Below are positions 1 to 11,178 of a stretch of 64,000 nucleotides of DNA, piece after piece. The notes beneath the pieces were generated by a model. That model made no database searches. It worked only from the letters and a program-made list of their open reading frames with translations, and was not told the origin of the DNA. The DNA is from the human T2T-CHM13v2.0 reference genome, Homo sapiens. Position 1 is the stretch's first letter. Each line of letters starts with the position of its first letter. A program made the position numbers and the translations under genes. The DNA lies in assembly GCF_009914755.1 (NCBI RefSeq), contig NC_060937.1; one strand, given 5' to 3'.

Positions 1-374
1 AGGACTCATTGATTTTTCTCCCTTGGAAATACAAATTGGACCAAATATCTATGATTGAGATAAATATTAATAATAATATGCATTTTTGCAAAGGAGAATG
101 CCTACAAATGGCTCCAACTCAGATTAAAAAATGTAACAAATAGCTGGTAATTATGAAAAATAGAGAAGTTATGAGAAGGCTGCTTTTATTTAAAACAAGT
201 GTATTAGAAATACTTATTATTTAATGAAATTGCTGTATTTGTTGGTGTCTAATTTCTAATATGCAGCCAATGGAAAGATAATGTTTAGGGCACTGTTGTT
301 GTCCATGTGTCATCTTAAATATGTGGTATTTTCATTGTATTAATTGCAATGTTTTGACAATTAAACAATGTATC

Positions 375-2638
375 TTTTTTCTTTTTTTTATTATACTTTA
401 AGTTCTAGGGTACATGTACACAATGTGCAGGTTCGTTACATAGGTATACATGTGCCATGTTGGTTTGATGTACCCATCAACTCATCATTTACATTAGGTA
501 TTTCTCCTAATGCTATCCCTCCCCCAGCCCCCCAACCCCTGACAGACCGGAGTGTGTGATGTTCCACGCCCTGTGTCCAAGTGTTCTCATTTTTCAATTC
601 CCCACTATAAGTGAGAACATGCAGTGTTTGGTTTTCTGTTCTTGTGATAGTTTGCTGAGAATGATGGTTTCCAGCTTCATCCATGTCCCTGCAAAGGACA
701 TGAACTCATCCTTTTTTGTAGCTGCATAGTATTCCATGGTGTGTATGTGCCACGTTTTCTTAATCCAGTCTATCATTGATGGACATTTGTGTTGGTTCCA
801 AGTCTTTGCTATTGTGAATATTGCCACAATAAACATATGTGTGCATGTGTCTTTATAGTACCATGATTTATAATCCTTTGGGTATATATCCAGTAATGGA
901 TATTACTGGGGTCAAATGGTATTTCTAGTTCTAGATCCTTGAGGAATAGCCACGCTGTCTTCCACAATGGATGAAATAATTTACACTCCCTGCAATAGTG
1001 TAAAAGCGTTCCTATTTCTCCACATCATCTGTTGTTTCCTGACATTTTAATGATTACCATTCTAACTGGTGTGAGATGGTATCTCATTGTGGTTTTGATT
1101 TGCATCTCTCTGATTACCAGTGATGATGAGCATTTTTTCATGTGTCTGTTGGCTGCATAAACGTCTTCTTTTGAGAAGTGTCTGTTCATATCCTTTGCCC
1201 ATTTTTTGATGGGATTGTTGTTGTTGTTTTTTTTTCTTGTAAATTTGTTTAAGTTCTTTGTAGATTCTGGATATTAGCCCTTTGTCAAATGGGAGATTGC
1301 AAAAATTTTCTCCCATTCTGTAGGTTGACTGTTCACTGTTAATGGTAGTTTCTTTTGCTGTGAAGAAGCTCTTTAGTTTAATTAGATCCTGTTTGTCAAT
1401 TTTGGCTTTTGTTCCATTGCTTTTGGTGTTTTAGTCATGAATTATTTGTCCATGCCTATGTCCTGAATGGTATTGCCTAGGTTTTCTTTTAGGGTTTTTA
1501 TGGTTTTAGGTCTAACGTTTAAGTCTTTAATCAATCTTGAATTAATTTTCGTATAAGGTGTAAGGAAGGGATCCAGTTTCAGCTTTCTACATATGGCGAG
1601 ACAGTTTTCCCAGCACGATTTATTATATAGGAAATCCTTTCGCCATTTTTTGTTTTTGTCAGGTTGGTCAAAGATCAGATGGTTGTAGATATGAGGTGTT
1701 ATTTCTGAGGCCTCTGTTCTGTTCCATTGCTCTGTATATCTGTTTTGGTACCAGTACTATGGTGTTTTAGTTACTGTAGCCTTGTAATATAGTTTGAAGT
1801 CAGGTAGAGTGATGTTTCCTGCTTTGTTCTTTTTGCTTAGGATTGTCTTGGCTATGCGGGCTCTTTTTTGATTCCATATGAACTTTAAAGTAGTTTTTCC
1901 CAATTCTGTGAAGAAAGTCATTGGTAGCTTGATGGGGATGGCATTGAATCTATAAGTTACCTTGGGCATTATAGCCATATTCAAGATATTGATTCTTCCT
2001 ATCCATGAGCATGGAATGTTCTTCCATTTGTTTGTGTCCTCTTTTATTTCATTGAACAGTGGTTTGTAGTTCTCCTTGAAGAGATCCTTCACATCCCTTG
2101 TAAGTTGGATTCCTAGGTATTTTATCGTCTTTGTAGCAAATGTGAATGGGAATGCACTCATGATTTGGCTCTCTGTTTGCCTGTTATTGGTGTATAGGAA
2201 TGCTTGTGATTTTTGCACATTGATTTTGTATCCCGAGACTTTGCTGAAGTTGCTTATCAGCTTAAGGAAATTTGGGGCTGAGATGATGGGGTTTTCTAAA
2301 TATACAATCATGTCATCTGCAAAAAGGGACAATTTGACTTCCTCTTTTCCTAATCGAATACCCTTTATTTCTTTCTCTTGCCTGATTGCCCCGGCCAGAA
2401 CTTCCAACACTATGTTGAATAGGAGTGGTGAGAAAGGGCATCCTTGTCTTGTGCCAGTTTTCAAAAGGAATGCTTCCAGTTTTTGCCCATTCAGTATGAT
2501 ATTGGCTGTGGGTTTGTCATAAATAGCTCTTATTATTTGAGATACAGTCCATCAATACCTAGTTTATTGGGAGTTTTTAGCTTGAAGCGTTGTTGAATTT
2601 TGTCGAAGGCCTTTTCTGCATCTATTGAGATAATCATG
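375..2638 (-). mobile_element. LINE-1 (L1PA7/8-like), 3' 2.26 kb: ORF2 RT/C-terminus, 3'UTR, poly(A)
   Basis: T-rich tail then TTATACTTTAAGTTCTAGGGTACATG (antisense L1PA 3' end). ORF2 peptides at 594-836 and 1757-2464. Candidate TSD TAAA(C/T)AATGTATCTT at 362-376 and 2817-2831. Confidence 0.95.
1757..2464 (-). pseudogene. L1 ORF2p reverse-transcriptase remnant (235 aa open stretch)
   Basis: [36 protein letters not shown] and [19 protein letters not shown] are L1 ORF2 RT motifs. Flanks are frameshifted or deleted, so it is non-functional. Confidence 0.92.
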
Positions 2639-2639
2639 C

Positions 2640-2642
2640 TTT

Positions 2643-2681
<39 letters not shown>

Positions 2682-2800
2682 TTGATGGAGTCTCACTCTG
2701 TCACCCAGTTTGGAGTGCAGTGGCGTGATCTCGGCTCACTGCAAGCTCTGCCTCCCAGGTTCACGCCATTCTCCTGTCTCAGCCTACAGGTACCAAGCCA
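2640..2800 (-). mobile_element. 5'-truncated AluY right arm with (CAA)n tail
   Basis: (TTG)n at 2641-2682, then GGAGTCTCACTCTGTCACCCAG...GCAAGCTCTGCCTCCCAGGTTCACGCCATTCTCC (AluY-type GCAAGCTC and CACGCCATT). Confidence 0.88.
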
Positions 2801-2816
2801 TCTTGCAATGGACTCC
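2797..2816 (-). mobile_element. Probable extreme 5' end (~20 nt) of the same L1PA
   Basis: Minus strand GGAGTCCATTGCAAGATGGC resembles the L1PA7/8 start (..TTCCAAGATGGCCG, YY1-type site) and lies directly inside the right TSD. Confidence 0.65.
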
Positions 2817-2990
2817 TAAATAATGTATCTTACCATACAAGGGTTCATTCTTATTCAATGAAAAACAATAAATTAACAGATGATTCTCAAAGCTGATTTG
2901 AAACAAATTAACCAAACTTTTTAAACTGGCTATTTGGCTGTTCTATTTCATGATGATAGTACTTCCCCTACAGTTTTTTTAGTTTTCTTA

Positions 2991-3022
2991 GTGTGTGTGT
3001 GTGTATGTTTGTGTGTGTGTGT
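2991..3022. repeat. (TG)n microsatellite, interrupted
   Basis: gtgtgtgtgtgtgtatgtttgtgtgtgtgtgt. Confidence 0.85.
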
Positions 3023-3229
3023 GAGTGGGTGTACTCTCTCCTTCAAATGAAATGAAGCCTTGAGATGAGTTATATGTTCTACTATGCTTTTCATTGATGA
3101 TTTTTCTGATTTTGCCTCATTCTTTCAAACAAATAGACTAAATCACTACTAAGAAATTGACCATCTACCAACCAAGAGCAATGAACGACAGATTACTTAA
3201 CTTACCATTAGTCCCCTTCTTGCAATTAT

Positions 3230-3585
3230 CTACTATTTTGCTTGGCATGACTTCTCATTCTTCAAAGCAGTTAGCACGCAGTTTACAGTCTTTTTCTTCA
3301 CTTTTACTCCTGATGTAATTCTTAGGCATTTCTACATCGACATAAATTCAATTTTACCTTTTCATTCCTCACCCTCATGGATGCAACCTAGACTTCCCTA
3401 TTACCAGTCTCTATAATGTCTAAACTCATTACAGACCACATTTTGTAAACCTAGTTTTTGAGTTCACTTTCTCTAGTATGATAGTTGAAAACTGATTTGA
3501 CCTCACCATGATAACCAATACATTAAAACTATATTTTTTCACCATCCAAATTCACCTCATGTTCTTATTTCTCTCCTTGTCCAGT
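3230..3585 (+). mobile_element. Degraded L2 fragment
   Basis: Pyrimidine-rich L2-like motifs (CTCATGGATGCAACCTAGACTT...ATTACC); highly diverged. Confidence 0.35.
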
Positions 3586-3596
3586 ATAGGTTAGTG

Positions 3597-4452
3597 GCCC
3601 ATCAAAAAGTGGGCAAATGATATGAACAGACACTTCTCAAAAGAAGACATTTATGCAGCCAACAAACATATGAAAAAATGCTCATCATCACTGGTCATTA
3701 GAGAAATGCAAATCAAAACCACAATGAGATATCATCTCACACCAGTTAGAATGGCAATCATTAAAATGTCAGGAAACAACATATGCTGAAGAGGATGTGG
3801 AGAAATAGGAATGCTTTTACACTGTTGGTGAGAGTGTAAATTAGTTCAACCATTATGGAAGGCAGCCTGGCAATTCCTCAAGGATCTAGAACTAGAAATA
3901 CCATTTGATCTAGCAATCTCATTACTCGGTATATACTCAAAGGATTATAAATCATTCTACTGTAAAGACACATGAACATGTATGTTTATTTCAGCACTGT
4001 TCACAATAGCAAAGTCTTGGGGCCAATCAAAATGCCCTCAATGATAGACTGGATAAAGAAAATGTGGCATATATATACCATGGAATTCTATGCAGCCATA
4101 AAAAAGGATGAGTTCATGTCCTTTGCAGGGACATGGATGAACCTGGAAACTATCATTCTCAGCAAAGTAACACAAGAAGAGAAAGCCAAATACCACATGT
4201 TCTCACTCATAAGTGGGAATTGAACAATGAGAACACATGGACACGGAGAGGTGAACATCACATAACGGGGCCTGTCGGGGGGTGAGGTGCTAGGGGAGGA
4301 ATAGCATTAGGAGAAATACCTAATGTAAATGACGAGTTGATGGGTGCAGCGAACCAACATGGCACATGTATACCTACGTAACAAACCTGCAAGTTGTGCA
4401 CATGTACCCCAGAACTTAAAGTATAAAAATAAAAAATAAAAATTAAAAAAAA
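3597..4452 (+). mobile_element. 5'-truncated L1PA (L1PA7/8-like) 3' end
   Basis: CCCATCAAAAAGTGGGC...AACAGACACTTCTCAAAAGAAGAC, ORF2 C-terminal peptide (3972-4223), G-rich 3'UTR, AGAACTTAAAGTATAA then A tail. Confidence 0.95.
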
Positions 4453-4530
4453 GTGAGTATAGTTATACTTCTTTTACTTCATCAGAATAAAGCTAGGAAT
4501 TATTCCTTTTAAACTTAACTTTTTACTTCC

Positions 4531-5164
4531 TGTGGCATGTAGAATTCTAAGACAGCAAATGTTCTACGCCCTTGTACAATTTCCTCCCCTTGTAGTGAAT
4601 CAGTGCCTCTGAGTATTATGGGATATCATTCCCATGACTATGTCATTATCTAGCAAAAGAGATTTTGCACATGTAATTATTATCTGTAAGCAGTTGACTT
4701 TGACTTATTCCACAGGTAAACTCTTCCAAGTGGACTTAACCTAATCATATAAGCCACTAAGAAAGGCAAGAAGCAGGAGCAAATTCTCCTCCGCTGGTCT
4801 TGAAGGTGTAAGCTCCCATTGTGTGAGAGAAGGGGGTCCATGTGGTGGGGATATGAGGGTGGCATCTAGGAACTTTTAGTAGCTTTTAGCTGACATCTAG
4901 CAAGGAAATATGGAATTCTTGCATGCAGGTAGAAGGAAGTGAATTCTACTAATAACCTGAATGAACTTGGAGATGGATCTAGAGCTTTAGATGAGAGCAG
5001 AGCTGAATAGATACATCAATGTCAGTATTGCAGACTCTGAACAGATAATTCAGTTGTACCATGCCCTTACTTCTGACCTGCAGAAACCAGAAGATTATGC
5101 GTGTTGCTTCTTAAAGCCACTACATTTGTGGTAATTTGTTATGCAGCAGTAAAAAGTGATTAGA
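4531..5164 (+). mobile_element. MaLR solo LTR, MLT1E-like
   Basis: Starts TGTGGCATGTAGAATTCTAAGA and ends TTTGTGGTAATTTGTTATGCAGCAG..; 5-bp TSD CTTCC/CTTAC. Confidence 0.82.
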
Positions 5165-6489
5165 CTTACTCTGCATCAACAATTAAAAAGCTAGATGAGA
5201 TTAGAAAATACACACATATCTACACTTACACAAGCCATGTGAGTCTTCTTAAATGTACAGGTAATTTCAAATGGGCTTTTAGAACTGCAAGTAATCCTAT
5301 CATATTTTCCCACTCAATTTACTTTACTGCCTCCAAAAAATACCTATTCCTTGAATTTGTTCTATCCTGATACCTCTGTGATGTTTCCTTCTAATTTTTC
5401 CTTAAGTATAACTGATTATGTATTTTTCCTTTATTAACTAAATAAAAATAACAAGAGGCCTTACTAAATCTTTTACCAATGATCTACAAATTTAACTCTA
5501 CATATTTTCATGTTTTTATATAACAGAAATGGACTTTTTTTTTTTGTTTTGACCAAGACAATCATGCTTCTTTGGCAGTGGGTTCCTTTCTTTTTAATTT
5601 TTTATAGCTTTACTTCTTCTATTTAAACCTAATTTACTGTAATAAAATCACCCTTCTATATAGAAATAAACCATTGTTATAATCATTTTACTAAATGGAC
5701 TTAATTTAGAAAATATCTTCTTTTTTGAACTGTCTTCCAACACGCAAACACAAATATTCTTTTTTCCTCCTTGACAACACATTGAATGAAAATTTCTTTG
5801 TTTTAGGAGTGGAGAGAAATTCGAACGTGAGTTCCAAGCTTTTCATGACATAATATACATAGAAAATGTTAATGCAGATATGGTACACTGAGGAGAAGCA
5901 TAAAGCTGATCCCAAGAAGGAGATTATCCTCTAGCAGCCTCTGAATCTGCCTGGTTATGCAAATGTATGAGAGGACTCATCACAGCTTCTTCTGCCCTGT
6001 ATTCTGTATTGACACATATTTGACTTCTCTGGGTTATGAGATTCATAGTCTAAGATTTTGAAGACAATATCTAGGAATAGAGATTGAGAAACAGTTCTTG
6101 TTCTCAAATACTAGTCTCAGTGGGAATAGTCATTTCTGTCCTTGTCCTGTTAGTCAGGGTAAATTGGAAACCCACACTCTGCTGTGAGAGGTGAAGAGTG
6201 AAACTTCTTGAGGGAAGGTGGTCTGTTTCAAGTCCCAGTAGAAGTGGCTAAAGAAAATAGTGTCTGACTGTTGACTGGAGAAGTGTGAAAGTAGAAATGG
6301 GCCTGGGCTGTTCTTGGTTACTGGTAAAGGAAAGTGTTCCAACAAAAGCATCTTTCTTTCTCTTTCTCCTTATTTCTTTATTTCTTTATTTTTTAAAAGA
6401 ATTTAGTTTATTTCAATAAACATTAAATATTTAGAACAAATTGTCTATTATACCAAATACTAGTAGGAGATCAAAATTAATACTACTTT

Positions 6490-7895
6490 ATATTGTATAT
6501 TGACAAAATATACCTGTATATATTTATGAGGTACAAAGTGGTGTTATGGTTTTTTAAGACTATGTGGAAATATTAAGTTAATTAACATACCTGTTATCTC
6601 AAATATTTAACTGTTTGTGATTATAGCATTAGAAATTTACTATCTTAGTAATACTAAAATGTACAGTATTATTAGCTGTATTTACTATTCTGTGCAATTG
6701 ATCAAAAAAAGCCTCACATTTCTTTCCTCTATCTAACTGAGGCTTTGTGCCCTTTGATTATCATCTTCTCATTCCCTACTCCCCAGTCCCCAGTCTCAGG
6801 TAACTACCATTCCACTCTCTGCTTCTAAGAGCTCAACTGTTTTAGATTTCACATGTAGGCAGAACATGTGGCATTTGTCTTTGTGTATTGGCTTATTTCA
6901 CTTAGCATATTGATCTCCAGTTCCCTCTATGCTGCCACAAAGGACAGAATTTCTTCCTTTTTTAAGGCTGAATAGTATTCCATTGTGTATACACCACATT
7001 CTCATTACCCATTCATCCCTCGATGGATGCTTAGGTTGATTCCATAACATAGCTATTGTGAATAATGCTGCAATAAACATGGGAGTACAGGCATCTCTTC
7101 GACATACTTATATTAGTCTGTTCTCATGCTTCTAATAAAGACATACCCGAGACTGGATAATTTATAAAAGAAAGAAATTTAGTTGACTTACAGTTCCACA
7201 TGGCTGGGGAGGCCTCACAATCATGGTGGAAAATGAAAGAAATGCAAAGAAATGTCTTACGTGGCAGCAGGCAAGAGAGTGTGTTCAGGGGAACTCATTT
7301 ATAAAACCATCAGATCTCATGAGACTTATTCACTATCATGAGAACAGCACAGGAAAGACTCACCCCCATGACTCAATTACCTCCCACCAGATCCCTCCCA
7401 CAACATGTGGGAATTACAGAAGCTACGATTCAAGATGAAATTTCAGTGGTGACACAGCCAAACCACATCAATACTGATTTCAAATCTTTCAGATAAATAC
7501 TCAGAAGTGGGAATGCTGGATCACATGGTAATTATATTTTTAGTCTTTTGAGAAACTTTCCTACTATTTTTCATAATGGCTGTGCTAATTTACATTTTCA
7601 CTAGCAGAGTTCTCTTTTCTTCACATTCTTGCCAACACTTGTTATCTTTTGTCTTTTTGATCAAGGCCATCCGAAAATTTGGTACAAGGTGATGTCTTTT
7701 TGTAATTTTAATTTGAATCTTTCAAATGCTTAGTAGTGCTCAGCGTTTTTTTCACGTGTGTTAGCCATTTGTAGATCTTCATTTGAGAAATGTCTATTCA
7801 AGACTCTTGTCTATTTCTTAATTGAATTATTTGTTTTTGTGTTCTATAGAGTTGTTAGAGTTCTTTATCTTTTTGGCTATTAATCCCTTATCAGT
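6490..7895 (-). mobile_element. L1MA (MA8/9-like) 3' region, interrupted by THE1 LTR
   Basis: L1MA 3'UTR (GGCTTATTTCACTTAGCAT, TAACTACCATTCCACTCTCTGC); ORF2 C-terminal peptide at 6898-7080; sequence resumes at 7476. Confidence 0.85.
7109..7470 (-). mobile_element. THE1 (THE1B-like) solo LTR
   Basis: TATTAGTCTGTTCTCATGCT...GACACAGCCAAACCACATCA, 362 bp, perfect 5-bp TSD ATACT (7104-7108, 7471-7475). Confidence 0.93.
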
Positions 7896-7978
7896 TGTAA
7901 TAAGACTTCATCCCCCCTCTTATCAAGGAACTCATAGTTTAGCAAGGAGAAAAACATGTAATCAAATTTATAAAATAA

Positions 7979-8278
<300 letters not shown>

Positions 8279-8729
8279 TTTTACAAAATAACATGATACA
8301 TGCAATAATCTAAGTATGTAGATAAAAGCTTTTGAGAAAATATTCAAGGGACTCCAAAAATTTTATATGTCTAGAGGAAAGAAATAAGGCTGAAAAGTGA
8401 TACAGATGCTAGCAAACAAAGGGTCCCCTATGCAATGCACTCTGCCAGATTCTTACGGACATGAGAGTTATATTCTTTGATTAATACAATTTTATTTTTT
8501 GCAAACATATACCAGTAAAGTATTTAATATTTGATTTACGTTTTTAATTTGTATATACATTTTATTTTAATCATTAAAATATTTTAATCTGTTATATTAT
8601 TTTTGTGTTTTCTCATTTTCTACTCTTATTTTAATCCCCTCATATCTTTATGCATACTAAACACAAGACCCATAGTGTGACATCAAAGAGGTTGCATGTT
8701 TCCTGTCTTCCTTCTCATAGCTCTTCACA

Positions 8730-9190
8730 GAAGGAGATGAGCAGGAAACCTATTTATCATGATGTTGGCATTGGGTAGAGGAGAGAGATAAATCCACTGA
8801 GAATTCATGAAGTAAACCCAACCTCTATGTGTGCTTGAGGCCCAGATATACGTTACATGTGTGACCAGAAAACAGAAAAACAAATCTCTAGCTAAAACTC
8901 TAGTTTGAAATGTCTCTATATTGGTAATTCTTCTAGGGCTTGGGGAAGATTAAATCACCCTTGAAGGAAGTCAACTTCAACCAAAGCTTCAGAAGTTCCA
9001 TAGTTCCTGGTCAAAATAAAATGCACAGGAAAATGAAACACCATGAAAGCCAGCACAACAGGTTATGTAGTCAGAGTCACAGAATCTTTAGATATGAATG
9101 CTATCAGACACATGTTTTTTGGGTGAAGATAGAATGTATGATTTTTCTCCTGAAACAAATTAGATTATGTAAATTAAAAACCATGCAAAA
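8730..9190 (+). mobile_element. Old L1M 5'/ORF1-proximal fragment
   Basis: Resembles L1ME 5' region (AAATCCACTGAGAATTCA, AGGAAAATGAAACACCATGA); very diverged. Confidence 0.3.
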
Positions 9191-9899
9191 ATGATCTTGA
9201 AACTACCCACTTAGTAGGGCTAACTGCCAGACCACAGTAACTATGTGTTGATGAGACTTCCATAAATCTGGAAATAGTACACTAAAGTCACATCCTGGAG
9301 TGGGAGATGGGAAGAGTGTGAAGTCCTGAGGAATTTAAAAATGCATCTCAATGAAAAATAAGAGATTGTAAATGTGCAAATAAACCTTTTTTGAGGTTAT
9401 TTGCAGGCAAAGGAAAAAAATAAACAGAACTGAGTAAAATCTTTTATTTTGGTTTAATTTAATTATTCTGCTACCATCCATTATCCTGGAAAATTCTCAA
9501 GAAGCGAAAGAACAATTATGAAGGAAGATGAGGCAAGGAAACATGAGAACATAGCACCTTTACTTTCCACCTGTTTTATCTTCTGGATATGAACTTTGGG
9601 ACATGCCTGACCTAGGGAAAAATTCAAGAGGTTAAAGATTATATCTAGAATGGTCATGCTCATATGTGTTCATAGTTAGCTGTGACCCAAAAGCTATAGA
9701 AACTCAAGTCTTATAATTATTAAAGCAACAATGTTAATGTTTCAGAATGTGTTTACCTTCTTTCTTTAGAACATGTAGTTATTATCTTTTGTTTTCACAT
9801 TTTGCACAGAAGTCCAAATTCCCAGGAAAAATAATAAAGTAATAATTAATATTCTGTTGCACACTTATGCAGTGATATTTTTCATTATAAAATAAGCCT

Positions 9900-10455
9900 A
9901 ATCTGGTCATCACACCTTTTCCAAGTTATCCAATTTCTAAGCTCCTTTTTATAGAAAATCTCAAAAATGTGCTTATGCTTGTGTTTTGTACTTCCTCAGC
10001 CCACTTCTGGCTTATATCCAATCCAATCAGGCTTTTATGTCCACCAATACTCTTGTTGCTGAAACTAGCATGTTCAATAGGCAGTATTAAGTTCTTACAC
10101 GGCTTGTACTGTCAGCATTATTTGACATAAGTACTCTGTCTTAATTTTTACTTTTAGTTTTCAGGACACAGTCTTTCTGTTCTCTTCCAATCTTACTGTA
10201 TGCTCCTTTTAAAATGCTGTTTGCTTAATCTCTAATTCTTATAGATTTCTAATGTTGTGGTGACCTGATTCATCCTATTCTCTTTTCTATTTGCATACAT
10301 GCCGCCATCTCTTACAGTTATATTAAACACCATTTAGCGATAACTTAAATTTCTGTCTCCAAAACTGTATTATTCCTTGGATTCCAGAGTCATATATTTA
10401 ACTGAATACAAAATAAGGCCACTTAGGTATCTGATAGGCATCTCAGAATAAACAG
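9900..10455 (+). mobile_element. L2 LINE, 5' part of a copy split by later insertions
   Basis: TCCAATCAGGCTTT, CAGCATTATTTGACA and CCACTTAGGTATCTGATAGGCATCTC are L2 ORF2 motifs; continues at ~14745. Confidence 0.65.
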
Positions 10456-10456
10456 G

Positions 10457-10863
10457 TATGGGGCAGATAGACTCTAACATTTCCCCAATTATCCCAATTT
10501 CCTGGTATGCACATATTTGTACAATGTCCTCTGCTTGAATGTGTTATTTGTGACTTACTTCTAATAAAGAAAATCAAGTGGTCAGGCACAGTGGCTCACG
10601 CCTGTAATCCCAGCATTTTGGGAGGCCAAGGTGGGTGGATCACGAGTTCAGGAGTTCGAGACCAGCCTGGTCAACATGGTGAAACCCCATCTCTACTAAA
10701 AATACAAGAATTAGCAAGACATGGTGGCGAGCACGTGTAGTCCCAGCTACTCAGGAGGCTGAGGCAGGAGAATCACTTGAACCCAGGAGGCAAAGGTTGC
10801 ATGAGCCAAGATCATGCCATTGCACTCCAGCCTGGGCAATAGAGCAAGACTCCGTCTCAAAAA

Positions 10864-10902
<39 letters not shown>

Positions 10903-11177
10903 AAGCAAAGGTGAAGTAATGTCAATTTTGGATAATATTACATAAGATTGCAATTTCTATCTTACTAGAAAGTGATCTCCATTTTATCCCTACCTTATTG
11001 GCTTTGATAAGGCAAATGGTCATGTGGAGAGGCCTACATGACAAAACACTGATAGCCTCCTGTTAACAACCAGAAAAAGCTGAGAAACTCTACTGACTCA
11101 TTTTATATCTCAGAAAGAAATGAATTCTGCCAATAACTTTCTGATAATTTGTTATACAGCAAGGGAAAACTATTACA
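10457..11177 (+). mobile_element. MaLR LTR (MLT1F-like), 5' LTR, interrupted by Alu and internally deleted
   Basis: TATGGGGCAGATAGACTCTAA...GTGACTTACTTCTAA | GCAAAGGTGA...AATGAATTCTGCCAATAAC...TAATTTGTTATACAGCAAGGGAAAACTATTACA. Confidence 0.72.
10580..10904 (+). mobile_element. Alu (AluSg-like) with (TAAA)n tail
   Basis: Full dimer; GGATCACGAG (2-bp shorter form) with AGTTCGAGACCAGCC; tail (AAAT)n at 10859-10904. Confidence 0.95.
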
Positions 11178-11178
11178 T

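Noticed and set aside
1757-2522. Longest ORF (235 aa) and overlapping antisense 148-aa ORF as genes
   Set aside because: L1 ORF2 remnant and its antisense frame; the element lacks a promoter and ORF1.
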